Assembly (NCBI GenBank): GCA_903836465.1
Contig: CAILRB010000044.1
Coordinates: 3,816 to 67,815, forward strand
From: an uncultured Chlorobiaceae bacterium
Lineage (GTDB): Bacteria; Bacteroidota; Chlorobiia; Chlorobiales; Chlorobiaceae
Length of the DNA stretch: 64,000 nucleotides
Reading direction: 5' to 3'
The position numbers were made by a program, and so were the translations under genes. Each line of letters starts with the position of its first letter. Positions within the stretch are counted from its first letter, which is position 1. A model generated the notes under the pieces. It did not search any database and had not been told where the DNA came from. It saw only the letters and a program-made list of their open reading frames with translations. Positions 39,100-49,998 of the stretch are shown piece by piece.

Positions 39100-40311
39100 A
39101 TGAAAATGAAAAAAATGCTATCGCTTGCTGCAATGTTTGCAGTTTTGTCATACGCATCACCGGCATCTGCTGAATTAAAAATCAGCGGAGATGCAGCTAC
39201 CCGCGTGAGAGGTCAGTTTAATAATTCCGATATCGGTGGCGTCAAAACCACAAATTCAGATGATATAAAATACCAGTACAGGGTACGCCTGAAAACTGCG
39301 GCAGACCTCGGAGACGGCTACTTTTTCAAGGCATTGATTGCCAATGAGGAGACCACCAATGGAGGAACTCCCGGTTGGAGCACTGTTGGCGCCACGAACA
39401 CAGAGAAATTCCAGCTTGAAGTCTCAAACTTCTATTTCGGACGTACTCTGGAAAAATGCCACTACCAGATAGGCCGCCTTCCGCTCAACAGCTTCAACAA
39501 CCCGATTTTTGACCTTACCCTTTATCCGGTTCCAACAGCATTCAATAATACTACTGGCGTTTATGCAGTTGATGTCCCGGTATTCCAGTGGAACTTTGAC
39601 CGTGTCTACGGCATGAACTACGGCACAAAGGTAGGTAACGGTGAACTGAACGGTACACTTGTTATTCTTGACAACAACTCTGCAACAGAGAACACTGTGG
39701 CCACCGGTGACGGACTTTTCAACGACGGCTACCTGCTCCATCTTTCCTATAAAACCACCATCGGTGATGTCACCGTTGAACCACAAGCGCTTATTACCTT
39801 GACCGATGCTCAGGGCGCTACATACCAGAAGATCTCTCCTAACACCTTCGGTGCCAACGCCACGATCCCCGCAGGCAAATCCAAAATCGGTCTCAGTGGC
39901 TTTTACACCGTTTGTAAGGACAGCAAAGGCTTCACACCCCCTACAGTAACATCCGTTACGACTGCCGATCCAGTTACCCACGTAGTTTCAACTGCAACGA
40001 CAACGATTCTTAATCCTGCCTCAGTTGATTACAGTGGTTATCTCTTGAGAGCAAAAGCCGAATCCGGTCCGGTCATGGGATGGATTGACTATAACCGTAC
40101 CGTCGACAAATCGCCAGCCAATCATCTTACCTACAACAACATCTTTGTCTGGGCACAGTACAAAGTCAATGTTCACGAGTCAGCATTGGGCAGCGTCAGT
40201 TTAACTCCGACTGTACGCTACCGTGCAAGCGGAAAAGATACCGAAGGCATCTCCGGTACAGAAAGGAACAACCAGCTTCGCACAGAACTCTGGGCATCAG
40301 TGACCTTCTAA
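39100..40311 (+). CDS. Major outer-membrane porin-like beta-barrel
   Basis: Signal peptide (ASA-E cleavage), alternating beta-strand pattern, C-terminal WASVTF, strong downstream terminator. Confidence 0.8.
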   Translation: MKMKKMLSLAAMFAVLSYASPASAELKISGDAATRVRGQFNNSDIGGVKTTNSDDIKYQYRVRLKTAADLGDGYFFKALIANEETTNGGTPGWSTVGATNTEKFQLEVSNFYFGRTLEKCHYQIGRLPLNSFNNPIFDLTLYPVPTAFNNTTGVYAVDVPVFQWNFDRVYGMNYGTKVGNGELNGTLVILDNNSATENTVATGDGLFNDGYLLHLSYKTTIGDVTVEPQALITLTDAQGATYQKISPNTFGANATIPAGKSKIGLSGFYTVCKDSKGFTPPTVTSVTTADPVTHVVSTATTTILNPASVDYSGYLLRAKAESGPVMGWIDYNRTVDKSPANHLTYNNIFVWAQYKVNVHESALGSVSLTPTVRYRASGKDTEGISGTERNNQLRTELWASVTF

Positions 40312-40328
40312 ATCTCACTCTTACTGTC

Positions 40329-40362
40329 AATAAAGCCGTAGGTAACTACGGCTTTATTTTTT
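40329..40362 (+). terminator. Intrinsic terminator after the porin gene
   Basis: AATAAAGCCGTAG-GTAA-CTACGGCTTTATT, perfect 13-bp stem plus T-run. Confidence 0.9.
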
Positions 40363-40730
40363 ATATTATTTCGTTAATGTACAGCGCATTTTTTTGTGCA
40401 TGTTATTTCCTGTAAATAACAATTGTTACTTCGGGAATTTTAACGATATTACTGAAAGCCGTCAGTAACGACAAAGGCAGGCTTCTTTACCTTTAGTTTT
40501 ACATTTTTTCGACATACAGAAACCACCTTTTTACACTTGGTTTTTTAGTCCATTTGGCACTTAACATTTTAGTGCCTTATTGGGGAAAGAGTAAATTTGG
40601 CTCTCTCGTCTTCTATACCATTTTGCCTGCGGCATGAAGCAGTGTACAGGTCAACCAGCTTAACTGTTCTTTTCTATCATTTGTCATTTGTATAAAATTT
40701 ATTTAATAATTTAAACACAACAGCGGTACT

Positions 40731-41168
40731 ATGATTACCATTAAAAAAATCATCTGCCCGGTTGATTTCTCTGGTTTGTCGCGCAAGGCGCTGCAATACG
40801 CTAACGAGTTTGCAAGACTTTCCGGTGGAAAAGTCTTTCTGGTCGGCGTTATTGAGAATGACCCCACAATCACCTATTCACATGGACTTGAAAAAGAACG
40901 TGCTGAATCCGACCAAAAACTTCTCGCCTTGATTGAAGAGGAGAAGATGGCTGGTATTGTTGCCGATTATGTCATCTATGAAGGATTTGCCGAAGAGTGC
41001 ATTCTCGACTATGCCAAACGGCAGGAGGCTGATATCATTATCATGGGCTCACACGGACGGCGAGGCCTGAAACGGATGATCCTCGGCAGCGTTGCAGAAC
41101 ATGTTATACGTCGTGCTCCATGCCCGGTACTTGTCGTCAAGGAGAACGAGCACGAGTTTATCGATTAA
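40731..41168 (+). CDS. Universal stress protein
   Basis: KKIICPVDFS, IIMGSHGRRGL...LGSVAEHVIRRAPCPVLVV. Confidence 0.94.
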   Translation: MITIKKIICPVDFSGLSRKALQYANEFARLSGGKVFLVGVIENDPTITYSHGLEKERAESDQKLLALIEEEKMAGIVADYVIYEGFAEECILDYAKRQEADIIIMGSHGRRGLKRMILGSVAEHVIRRAPCPVLVVKENEHEFID

Positions 41169-41242
41169 GGAATCGCACTGAGCCAGAAGCTGGCATGCAA
41201 AAAGTTCACAACATTTTTTATTAACAATCAACGCAAACTTTT

Positions 41243-42820
41243 ATGGCACAAAATGTCACAAACGTTTCCCAAACCGAAGAGGTATCCAGCACCAGGCGGG
41301 TTATCGCTGCTTCTTCGGTCGGAACGCTCATCGAGTGGTATGATTTTTATATTTTCGGTACTCTTGCAAAAATCATTTCCGAACAATTCTTTCCTAAAGA
41401 CAACCCTACGGCGGCACTGCTTGCCACACTGGCAACCTTTGCCGCAGGCTTTGTTATCAGACCGTTCGGCGCACTTTTCTTTGGCCGCCTAGGCGATCTT
41501 ATCGGAAGAAAGTACACCTTCCTTGTCACTTTGGTGATCATGGGCGGCTCCACCTTTGCTATCGGCCTTGTTCCAGGCTATAAAACTATCGGATTCTTTG
41601 CACCGGCCATAGTCTTTGCCCTCCGGCTGCTGCAGGGTCTTGCTCTTGGAGGTGAGTACGGCGGAGCGGCCACTTATGTCGCCGAACACTCTCCGGCCGG
41701 GCAGCGAGGCTTCTGGACCAGCTTTATCCAGACAACGGCTACTTTGGGCCTCTTTCTTGCGCTCGGTGTTATTCTCGTTGTCCGTCAGACACTTGGTGTT
41801 GAAACCTTCTCTGACTGGGGATGGCGTATTCCCTTCATCCTTTCGTCACTTCTTGTCGGAGTTTCGGTCTTTATCCGCATGAAGATGTCGGAATCGCCGA
41901 TGTTTGTGAAGATGAAAAAAGAGGGCAAAACCTCAACAAACCCATTGGCTGAAAGCTTCAAGCAGAAGGATAACCTGAAAATGGTACTGATCGCCCTTCT
42001 TGGCGCTACCGCCGGTCAGGGTGTTGTCTGGTACACCGGTCAGTTCTATGCCCTCTCCTTCCTGCAGAATGCCTGTAACGTTGAGTTTGTGCAGAGCAAC
42101 ATGATTATTTCAATTGCGTTGCTTATCGGTACACCCTTCTTTATTGTTTTCGGTGCACTTTCCGACAAGATCGGACGCAAGTACATCATGATGGCTGGTA
42201 TGCTTATTGCAGTTCTTGCCTACAAGCCTATTTACCAGATCATGTACGACTCAGCCAATCTGAAAAGCAAAATTGAGGTTGTAGAGAAGACCTCTGTTGA
42301 AACCAAAGAGGCGGTAAAAGGTACGGACACCATCACGACCACTGTGACGAAGAAAACCTTTGCCGATGGCACAACCTACAAAGAGACGAAAAAACTGACA
42401 ATCCCGCTTGATGAAGCAAAAAAAGCTGAGCTTGCGGCTAAAGACAAACTGAAACCTGAAACCAAGAAGGAAGTAACCCTTCCTCAGGATCTCTTCTACA
42501 AGATGATTGGTCTTGTCTTTATTCAGGTAGTCTTTGTTACCATGGTCTACGGTCCGATTGCGGCTTTCCTTGTTGAGATTTTCCCGACCCGCATCCGCTA
42601 CACCTCGATGTCACTGCCTTACCATATCGGCAACGGCGTCTTTGGCGGTCTGGTTCCGCTTATCTCAACCCGTCTTGTTGAAGCAACCCGTCCGGCGCCT
42701 GGTCTTCCTCCAGCAGATCCACTTGCCGGCCTTATGTACCCGATACTGATTGCCAGTGTAAGCTTCGTTATCGGAATGCTGTACATCTCGAACAAAACCA
42801 ACAACATGGACGTTGAGTAA
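41243..42820 (+). CDS. MFS metabolite:H+ symporter (MHS family)
   Basis: GTLIEWYDF, RPFGALFFGRLGDLIGRK, QGLALGGEYGGA, EIFPTRIRY. Confidence 0.93.
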   Translation: MAQNVTNVSQTEEVSSTRRVIAASSVGTLIEWYDFYIFGTLAKIISEQFFPKDNPTAALLATLATFAAGFVIRPFGALFFGRLGDLIGRKYTFLVTLVIMGGSTFAIGLVPGYKTIGFFAPAIVFALRLLQGLALGGEYGGAATYVAEHSPAGQRGFWTSFIQTTATLGLFLALGVILVVRQTLGVETFSDWGWRIPFILSSLLVGVSVFIRMKMSESPMFVKMKKEGKTSTNPLAESFKQKDNLKMVLIALLGATAGQGVVWYTGQFYALSFLQNACNVEFVQSNMIISIALLIGTPFFIVFGALSDKIGRKYIMMAGMLIAVLAYKPIYQIMYDSANLKSKIEVVEKTSVETKEAVKGTDTITTTVTKKTFADGTTYKETKKLTIPLDEAKKAELAAKDKLKPETKKEVTLPQDLFYKMIGLVFIQVVFVTMVYGPIAAFLVEIFPTRIRYTSMSLPYHIGNGVFGGLVPLISTRLVEATRPAPGLPPADPLAGLMYPILIASVSFVIGMLYISNKTNNMDVE

Positions 42821-42846
42821 CCAAGAACCTTTTAATTTCATTTATT

Positions 42847-43071
42847 ATGTCAGCAATTAAAAAGCTTTTCGGGATTGTGTGGTCACTCATGGGAATAGGA
42901 ATCATCCCGCTGGTGATCATGCAAGCCATGAAAGAGATAGCCGCAAAGCCCAGTGAAGAAAACTGGATTTTCTGGTCAATCGTGATCGTTGTCCTTATGC
43001 CTATCATCGCGTTCAGTCTGATTACTTTCGGGGTGTTTGCGCTCAAGGGCGAGTACGATGTTCTTGAGTAA
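42847..43071 (+). CDS. Small two-TM membrane protein cotranscribed with the MFS gene
   Basis: 74 aa, two hydrophobic helices, ends ALKGEYD; 26 nt downstream of the MFS stop. Confidence 0.75.
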   Translation: MSAIKKLFGIVWSLMGIGIIPLVIMQAMKEIAAKPSEENWIFWSIVIVVLMPIIAFSLITFGVFALKGEYDVLE

Positions 43072-43107
43072 ATCTCAAGAGAGCACGAATTGTTCTTTTT
43101 TTTCAGA

Positions 43108-43144
43108 GAAAAGCCGCATCTTTGGTGCGGCTTTTCCTTTTTCT
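43108..43144 (+). terminator. Intrinsic terminator
   Basis: GAAAAGCCGCATC-ttt-GGTGCGGCTTTTC followed by T-rich sequence. Confidence 0.8.
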
Positions 43145-43172
43145 GAAAGAGAGCAATAAAACAGGATAACCG

Positions 43173-45026
43173 ATGCGTACTCCGGACAAGCTTGAGGAAA
43201 AACTCGCCACACTGCCCACCTCGCCAGGCGTTTACCAGTTCAAAAATAGCAGTGGACGGGTAATCTACGTCGGCAAGGCAAAAAATCTCCGCAACAGGGT
43301 TCGTTCCTATTTCAGAAATTCCCAGCAGCTCTTTGGCAAGACGCTGGTGCTTGTCACGCACATTGATGATTTTGAAGTCATCATCACTTCGTCGGAAGTC
43401 GAGGCGCTTATTCTTGAAAACAACCTGATCAAGGAGCTGAAGCCTCGCTATAATATTAACCTGAAGGATGACAAAACGTATCCTTACCTCGTCATCACTA
43501 ATGAACCCTTCCCGCGAATAATCTTTTCCCGTCAACGAAGAAACGATGGATCCACCTGGTTTGGACCCTATACCGAAGCCCGTCAGCTCCGCTCAATCCT
43601 TGATCTTATCGGATCAATTTTTCCGGTTCGAAGCTGTAAATACCGTCTGAACGAGGAAAATATTTCCTCCCGGAAATACAAAGTCTGCCTCGACTACCAC
43701 ATCCATAAATGCAAAGGGCCATGTGAAGGCTTGCAAACGGAAGAAGAGTACCTCGGCATGATCGCCGAAATAACCAGGCTGCTGAAAGGAAAAACATCAA
43801 CCACGATCCGCTCACTCACTGAAACCATGCAACTCCTGGCCATTGAGTTGAAGTTTGAACAGGCGGCAGAGATCAAAGCGCAGCTTGAGAGCCTGAAACG
43901 GTATGCTGAACGGCAGAAGGTGGTGGCAGGCGACCGACTTGACCGTGATGTTTTTGCGGTTGCCGCAAGCGAAGACGAAGGCTGCGGAGTCGTCTTCAAG
44001 ATACGAGAGGGAAAGCTGCTTGGATCGCAGCGTATCTACATGAATAATACCGACGGAGAAACTGATGCTGAGCTGCAGGCACGAGTGGTTGAAAAATACT
44101 ATCTCGAAACTCTTGAGCTGATCCCTGATGAAATTCTGCTCCAGGAACCGATTGGAACAGACGAAGAGGAGACCCTGAGAGCTTTCATTTCGACCAAACA
44201 GCAAGAGGAAAAACAGGAGAAAAAAAACATCCGGTTTGTAACACCACAAATTGGTGAAAAAGCGCATTTAGTCGAGATGTGCCGCCAGAATGCCCGACAC
44301 CATCTGGAGGAGTACCTCATACAAAAACAGAAACGGGGTGAGGCTGCCCGCGAGCACCATGGAGTTACCGCCCTCAAGGAGCTGCTCCATCTGCCAAACT
44401 TGCCGCAACGGATTGAGTGCTTTGACAACTCCCATCTTCAAGGCACCGATTATGTGAGTTCCATGGTTTGTTTTGAAAAAGGAAAACCGAAAAAATCCGA
44501 CTACCGGAAGTTTAAAATAAAAACATTTGAAGGCTCGGACGACTATGCGGCCATGGAAGAGGTGATCCGGCGGCGTTACAGCGGTTCTCTTTCAACAGAG
44601 CTTCCCTGGCCCGATCTCATTGTGGTCGATGGCGGAAAAGGGCAGGTCAACACCGCCTTTCACACCCTGAACGCTTTGGGGCTTTCGATGCCTGTTATCG
44701 GTCTGGCAAAACGCATTGAAGAGATTTTTACCCCGGAAACGCGAGATCCGTTCAATCTGCCAAAAACCTCTCCGGCACTCAAACTGCTCCAGCAGCTTCG
44801 TGATGAAGCCCACCGTTTTGCCGTTACCTATCATCGAAAACTAAGATCTGAAAGAACCCTGCAGACAGAACTCACCACAATTGCCGGTGTCGGGAAAAAA
44901 ACAGCCTTCAGGTTACTTGAACGATTCGGCTCTGTCGAAGGTGTGGCTCAAGCCACTATCGAAGAGCTGAAGGCTGCGGCTGGCGCAAAAGTGGGAGAGG
45001 CCGTTTTTCGTTTTTACCGACCATGA
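43173..45026 (+). CDS. uvrC: Excinuclease ABC subunit C
   Basis: GIY-YIG-type PGVYQF...IYVGKAKNLRNRV, RIECFDNSH, DGGKGQ, RDEAHRFA, C-terminal HhH. Confidence 0.97.
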   Translation: MRTPDKLEEKLATLPTSPGVYQFKNSSGRVIYVGKAKNLRNRVRSYFRNSQQLFGKTLVLVTHIDDFEVIITSSEVEALILENNLIKELKPRYNINLKDDKTYPYLVITNEPFPRIIFSRQRRNDGSTWFGPYTEARQLRSILDLIGSIFPVRSCKYRLNEENISSRKYKVCLDYHIHKCKGPCEGLQTEEEYLGMIAEITRLLKGKTSTTIRSLTETMQLLAIELKFEQAAEIKAQLESLKRYAERQKVVAGDRLDRDVFAVAASEDEGCGVVFKIREGKLLGSQRIYMNNTDGETDAELQARVVEKYYLETLELIPDEILLQEPIGTDEEETLRAFISTKQQEEKQEKKNIRFVTPQIGEKAHLVEMCRQNARHHLEEYLIQKQKRGEAAREHHGVTALKELLHLPNLPQRIECFDNSHLQGTDYVSSMVCFEKGKPKKSDYRKFKIKTFEGSDDYAAMEEVIRRRYSGSLSTELPWPDLIVVDGGKGQVNTAFHTLNALGLSMPVIGLAKRIEEIFTPETRDPFNLPKTSPALKLLQQLRDEAHRFAVTYHRKLRSERTLQTELTTIAGVGKKTAFRLLERFGSVEGVAQATIEELKAAAGAKVGEAVFRFYRP

Positions 45027-45139
45027 ATCATCCCCTTCCCTTCCATCCCCACCTCTCAAAATGTTTTTCTTAATAAAATTCTGTTATATTTATCGATTAT
45101 GATACGACTGACGATAAAGAAACTTTTTACGATGCCCCT

Positions 45140-46537
45140 ATGAATGTCCCTGATTTTTTCGATGATCATCATCAAAGCCCAACGGGAGCATCAGGAAAAG
45201 AAACACCCAACCTTGATGGGCTTGACGGTTTGTTTGATACGGAAGAACTTTTTGACCGCATCAACCAATATAACGAAGATGGATTCCTGATTGAGGCGCT
45301 GGCTGTTGCCCGTCGTCTTGAAGAGATTGCTCCCTATAATACGGAAACCTGGTTTGTTCTTGGCAACTGCCTGACCCTGAACGGCTCTTTCGACGAAGCA
45401 CTTGATGCCTTTCAGAAAGCTGTCGTCTTCAGTCCATCGGACAGTGAAATGCGTCTCAACCTTGCGCTTGGCTACTTCAACACCGGCAAATTCGATGAGG
45501 CACTTGAAGAGCTCGACGATAGTATGATCGACCTCTCCCTTGAAAAGGAGTACCATTACTATCGCGGCATTGTCCTGCAGCGCCTGGAACGGTATGAGGA
45601 TGCTGAATCGAACTTCGAACGCGCTCTTGAACTTGACCCGGAGTTTGCCGACTCCTGGTATGAGCTTGCCTACTGCAAGGACATTCTTGGCAAACTTGAG
45701 GAGAGCACTTCATGCTACCGCAAAACGGTGGATCATGATCCCTATAATATTAACGCCTGGTACAACAATGGTCTTGTGCTGAGCAAAATGAAGCGCTACG
45801 ACGAGGCACTCGACTGTTACGACATGGCGCTGGCTATTTCAGATGACTTCAGTTCTGCATGGTACAACCGGGCAAACGTCCTTGCCATCACCGGATGTAT
45901 TGAGGAGGCAGCCGAAAGCTATCTGAAAACCCTTGAGTATGAACCTGACGACCTCAATGCCCTTTATAATCTTGGGATAGCTTATGAAGAGCTGGAAGAG
46001 TACAGTGAAGCCATACATTGCTACAGCCGCTGCATCGTCATCAACACTGAATTTGCTGATGCATGGTTTGCACTTGCTTGCTGCCATGAAGCGCTTGAAG
46101 AGTACGAAGAGGCTTACACTGCAACACTGGAGGCCCTGAAAGGTGCCCCTGAAAGTATTGAGTTTCTGCTGCTGAAAGCGGAGATTGAGTACAATCTCAA
46201 CTTTCTTGAACGCTCAATTGCGACGTACCGTAAAATAATAACCCTTGATTCGGAAAATCCGCAGATTTGGGTTGATTTTGCCATTGTACTCAGGGAAGGC
46301 GGCCACGTTAACGCATCCATAGACGCGTTGCAGCAATCATTGAAGCTTCAGCCGCTTTCGGCCGATGCCCACTTTGAAATTGCTGCCGCCTATTTTGCCA
46401 TGGGCGACAAACTCAGCACCCTGAAAGCACTGAGCAAGGCGTTCAAGATTGATCCTGACAAGAAGGAACTGTTTCAGAGCACTTTTCCGGAACTCTATCA
46501 GCAGGATTCCGTCAGGCGGATGCTCGGTATTTCATGA
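45140..46537 (+). CDS. Tetratricopeptide repeat protein
   Basis: Many tandem 34-aa repeats (AWYN.G..L......EA...Y..AL...P). Confidence 0.9.
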   Translation: MNVPDFFDDHHQSPTGASGKETPNLDGLDGLFDTEELFDRINQYNEDGFLIEALAVARRLEEIAPYNTETWFVLGNCLTLNGSFDEALDAFQKAVVFSPSDSEMRLNLALGYFNTGKFDEALEELDDSMIDLSLEKEYHYYRGIVLQRLERYEDAESNFERALELDPEFADSWYELAYCKDILGKLEESTSCYRKTVDHDPYNINAWYNNGLVLSKMKRYDEALDCYDMALAISDDFSSAWYNRANVLAITGCIEEAAESYLKTLEYEPDDLNALYNLGIAYEELEEYSEAIHCYSRCIVINTEFADAWFALACCHEALEEYEEAYTATLEALKGAPESIEFLLLKAEIEYNLNFLERSIATYRKIITLDSENPQIWVDFAIVLREGGHVNASIDALQQSLKLQPLSADAHFEIAAAYFAMGDKLSTLKALSKAFKIDPDKKELFQSTFPELYQQDSVRRMLGIS

Positions 46538-47412
46538 CGAAAGCAACAAAAATTTATGCTCTTCTGGGGCGGGCAGTTGATTATTCATACTCCCCGCTCA
46601 TTCATAATTATGCTTTTCGGGAACTGGGACTTCCCTGCCACTACACCGTTTTCAACATTGCCGATCCTGATCTTGTGCAAGAGGCCCTTCGCGGCGCAAG
46701 AGCACTCGGTATTGCCGGATTTAATGTCACCATCCCCTATAAAAAAACTGTTGTTCCCTTTCTTGATGAACTCTCTGAGGGAGCTGCCTCCATACAGGCA
46801 GTCAACACTATCGTCAATGAAAACGGGAAACTTGTCGGTCACAACACTGATATTGAGGGTTTTGCAGCCCCACTTCTGCCATACCTGGAGAGCATAAGGG
46901 GAAAACGTGTCTCTATTTTTGGCGGTGGAGGAGCTGCGCTGGCTGCCATCGAAGCGTTCAGCCGTTTTTTTACCCCGGCAGAAATTCTGCTCTTTGTTCG
47001 TGACCCTGAAAAAGCGCGTTCCCTGCTCAATGAGAGCGGTTATGATCGTAATGTACCGATAACCATAATTAGTCAAGAGAGACCCGAACTCATCAGGAAC
47101 TCGAGGGTTATCGTCAACGCAACACCAGTCGGCACCAGAGGCGGCAAGGGTGACAGCTCCATTATTCCTCTTGACCGGGAGTTGCTCCACCCTGACCAGA
47201 TTGTTTACGACATGGTTTACAACCCTCTCAATACTCCCCTTCTGGAGGCCGCACAGCATGCGGGAGCCACGACCATATCGGGCATTGAAATGCTTATCGG
47301 CCAGGCTGAACGTTCATTTACCCTGTGGACCAACATGAAAATGCCGATCGCTGCGGTAAGAGCTGCACTGCTGCAAGAGATTCAAAAACAACAATCCCTC
47401 ATAGCTGACTGA
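46534..47412 (+). CDS. aroE: Shikimate dehydrogenase
   Basis: [45 protein letters not shown]. Confidence 0.95.
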   Translation: MTKATKIYALLGRAVDYSYSPLIHNYAFRELGLPCHYTVFNIADPDLVQEALRGARALGIAGFNVTIPYKKTVVPFLDELSEGAASIQAVNTIVNENGKLVGHNTDIEGFAAPLLPYLESIRGKRVSIFGGGGAALAAIEAFSRFFTPAEILLFVRDPEKARSLLNESGYDRNVPITIISQERPELIRNSRVIVNATPVGTRGGKGDSSIIPLDRELLHPDQIVYDMVYNPLNTPLLEAAQHAGATTISGIEMLIGQAERSFTLWTNMKMPIAAVRAALLQEIQKQQSLIAD

Positions 47413-47415
47413 ATC

Positions 47416-47925
47416 ATGAAATGGTTTTTCTCCCTTGTTCTTCTGGTCATTACCGCTGATCATTTGACAAAAAAAATGGCTGTTGCTTTCCTCAGGGACG
47501 CTGCTCAAAGTATTGTCATCATTCCCGGCCTCTTCTCGTTCACGTATGCTGAAAACAAGGGTGTTGCCTTTGGTCTGGAATTTGCGCCACCGGCGGTGCT
47601 CCTCCTTCTTACTGCTTGTATTACGGCTGTCGTGCTGATCTATGTCCTCAAGTCAAACAACCGGACCGCCCTTTTTCTTATCCCGTTTGCCCTCATTACA
47701 GGCGGAGGCATCGGCAATATGATTGACCGGATCACTCTTGGCCGGGTTGTTGACTTCATCTATTTTGATCTTTACAACGGCTACGTTTTCGGCACTTACC
47801 TCTCCCTATGGCCTATTTTCAATATCGCAGACTCCGCCATCTCCATTGGAGCCTGCATGTTGATTATTTTTCACAACAAAATCTTTCCTGACGGAAGCCA
47901 AGCAGTAAAAAGCCATGTTCGTTGA
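47416..47925 (+). CDS. lspA: Lipoprotein signal peptidase
   Basis: [32 protein letters not shown]. Confidence 0.95.
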   Translation: MKWFFSLVLLVITADHLTKKMAVAFLRDAAQSIVIIPGLFSFTYAENKGVAFGLEFAPPAVLLLLTACITAVVLIYVLKSNNRTALFLIPFALITGGGIGNMIDRITLGRVVDFIYFDLYNGYVFGTYLSLWPIFNIADSAISIGACMLIIFHNKIFPDGSQAVKSHVR

Positions 47926-48688
47926 TACCCACTGTCACCTCTCTTTCCCTGAGTTTGACCAGGATCGTAACGAGGTTATAGCACGTCTGACCGAAGGGAA
48001 CGTGAGCGTGCTCATTGATCCCGGCATTAACGTTGAAACAAGCAGAAAATCAATTGAGCTGGCAGGCAACGTTGATTTTATCTACGCCAACGTCGGACTG
48101 CACCCTCACGAGACGGAACATCCTGTCAACAAAAACGTTTATGACGAACTTGCATCCCTTGCGCTCTCACCGAAAGTCGTTGCTATAGGTGAAATCGGCC
48201 TTGATTACCACTATCCCGGGTATAACCGCTCAGCACAGCATGAGGCCTTCCGCGAGATGCTGCGACTGGCCAAATTCCTTGATATGCCGGTCGTCATCCA
48301 TTGCCGTGATGCCTGGGAGGATATGCTGCATATTCTTTCTGAAGAGAACCATTCTGCCATGCGCGGCGTGATGCACTGCTTTTCAGGTGATACTGTTATT
48401 GCAGATGCATGCATCCGTAAGGGGTTCAAGCTCTCCATTCCTGGTACAGTCACCTATAAACGCTCCCTGTTGCCCGACGTTATACGAAGTGTATCACTTG
48501 ATGACCTGCTTACTGAAACCGATGCTCCCTACCTCGCACCTGTTCCTTATCGGGGAAAACGGAACGAGCCGGCTTATGTACGTATCGTCACGGAATGCAT
48601 CGCCCGTATCAGGGAAATTTCAGTGGAAGAGAGCGCGCAAGGTATTGCAAGGAATACCATTGAATTGTTTAGATTACCACCTGCATAA
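47915..48688 (+). CDS. TatD-family hydrolase/DNase
   Basis: [36 protein letters not shown]. Confidence 0.95.
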   Translation: MFVDTHCHLSFPEFDQDRNEVIARLTEGNVSVLIDPGINVETSRKSIELAGNVDFIYANVGLHPHETEHPVNKNVYDELASLALSPKVVAIGEIGLDYHYPGYNRSAQHEAFREMLRLAKFLDMPVVIHCRDAWEDMLHILSEENHSAMRGVMHCFSGDTVIADACIRKGFKLSIPGTVTYKRSLLPDVIRSVSLDDLLTETDAPYLAPVPYRGKRNEPAYVRIVTECIARIREISVEESAQGIARNTIELFRLPPA

Positions 48689-48799
48689 ACAGCATCGGCT
48701 ATAGGTTGCCGACTGCTTTGTAATTATTTTGAAATTCATACAAACTTGCTTAGGTTGGATGCCAAACCACAACAGAAGCAGTAATCCGAAACAGACGTT

Positions 48800-49465
48800 A
48801 TGGAACAAAGTGTAAAAGCATCGACCGAGGAAAATTTTCTTTACTTCGCTATTAAATATAAAACAGCGATTATCGCTGCCCTTGTGCTGGTAATCGCTTT
48901 GGGTGGTGGTTCGTTTTTTTGGATGCAACACCAGAAGAGCAGTGAACAGGAAGCCTCACTCCAACTTTCCCGAATTTCGCCATTTCTTGACCAGGGCGAT
49001 TTTCAGGTGGCTATCAACGGTCAAGGCAAGGTTCCCGGACTGAAAAAAATTGCTGCCGAATACGCTGGCAAATTCACCGGTACGCCAAGCGGAAATATGG
49101 CGAACCTTTTGCTGGCCAATGCCTGGTACTCTCTTGGAGAGTTGGACAGTGCACTGAAGGTGTTTAAAACCGTATCCATTGCAAACAACGATCTCGCGGC
49201 TGCCGCTCTGGCAGGCGCAGGTGACTGCTACTTCAATAAAAATCAGTTTGCGCAGGCTGCAGAAAGCTATCAGGAAGCTTCAAAACAGACTGACAACAAC
49301 GTTCTCAAGTCGCAGTACCTTTCCCATGCGGCCAACAGCTTCCAGCAGTCAAACCAGTTTAAAAAAGCCGCTGAACTGTATACGAAAATCATAGCTGACT
49401 ATCCCGGCACAACCGGAGCCGCCGTTGCACAGCGGTCGCTCTGGCAGATTTCCGGAAATCTTTAA
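48800..49465 (+). CDS. Membrane-anchored TPR protein (YfgM-like)
   Basis: N-terminal TM helix followed by TPR-like helices ending at YPGT. Confidence 0.75.
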   Translation: MEQSVKASTEENFLYFAIKYKTAIIAALVLVIALGGGSFFWMQHQKSSEQEASLQLSRISPFLDQGDFQVAINGQGKVPGLKKIAAEYAGKFTGTPSGNMANLLLANAWYSLGELDSALKVFKTVSIANNDLAAAALAGAGDCYFNKNQFAQAAESYQEASKQTDNNVLKSQYLSHAANSFQQSNQFKKAAELYTKIIADYPGTTGAAVAQRSLWQISGNL

Positions 49466-49497
49466 TAACAACAACCGTTACCTTAAATATTGATGAC

Positions 49498-49989
49498 ATG
49501 CCTGAACAGTTTATTATCAAGACAAATCTTGGCGACATTACCATCAGCCTTTACGACGACACCCCGCTGCACCGTGATAACTTCATCAAGCTCACCGGCG
49601 AAAACTACTATGATGGCATCCGCTTTCACCGGGTTATCGACGGCTTTATGATCCAGACCGGCGATCCGTTGTCCCGCCATGAGGACAAACGCTCTCTGCA
49701 TGGCACCGGAGGCCCTTCAACCCGTATCCCTGCAGAAATCAAACATCCAAACAAAAAAGGAACGCTTGCCGCAGCAAGGGACAATAACCCTCAGAGAGCT
49801 TCATCGGGCAGCCAGTTCTATATCAATCATAACGACAATGCCTTTCTTGACGGCCAGTACACCGTTTTTGGTGTCGTAGAGTCGGGCATGGATGTGGTTG
49901 AAAAAATTGCTGCTGTCAAGACCGATCCCAACGACAATCCGCTTGTTCCGGTCATTATCGAGACTATTGTTCCACCAGCAAAGTCCTGA
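49498..49989 (+). CDS. Cyclophilin-type peptidyl-prolyl isomerase
   Basis: FHRVIDGFMIQTGDP, SSGSQFYI, LDGQYTVFG. Confidence 0.95.
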   Translation: MPEQFIIKTNLGDITISLYDDTPLHRDNFIKLTGENYYDGIRFHRVIDGFMIQTGDPLSRHEDKRSLHGTGGPSTRIPAEIKHPNKKGTLAAARDNNPQRASSGSQFYINHNDNAFLDGQYTVFGVVESGMDVVEKIAAVKTDPNDNPLVPVIIETIVPPAKS

Positions 49990-49998
49990 TCACTCATC

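Noticed and set aside
40363-40730. Long AT-rich intergenic region with short inverted repeats (TTACTGA/TCAGTAA; GGCACT/AGTGCC) as a possible sRNA or riboswitch
   Set aside because: Stems are short, there is no recognisable Rfam motif, and an ordinary promoter region explains it.
45140-46537. Periodic sequence similarity suggesting a DNA repeat array
   Set aside because: It is protein-level TPR repetition, not CRISPR or a DNA tandem repeat.
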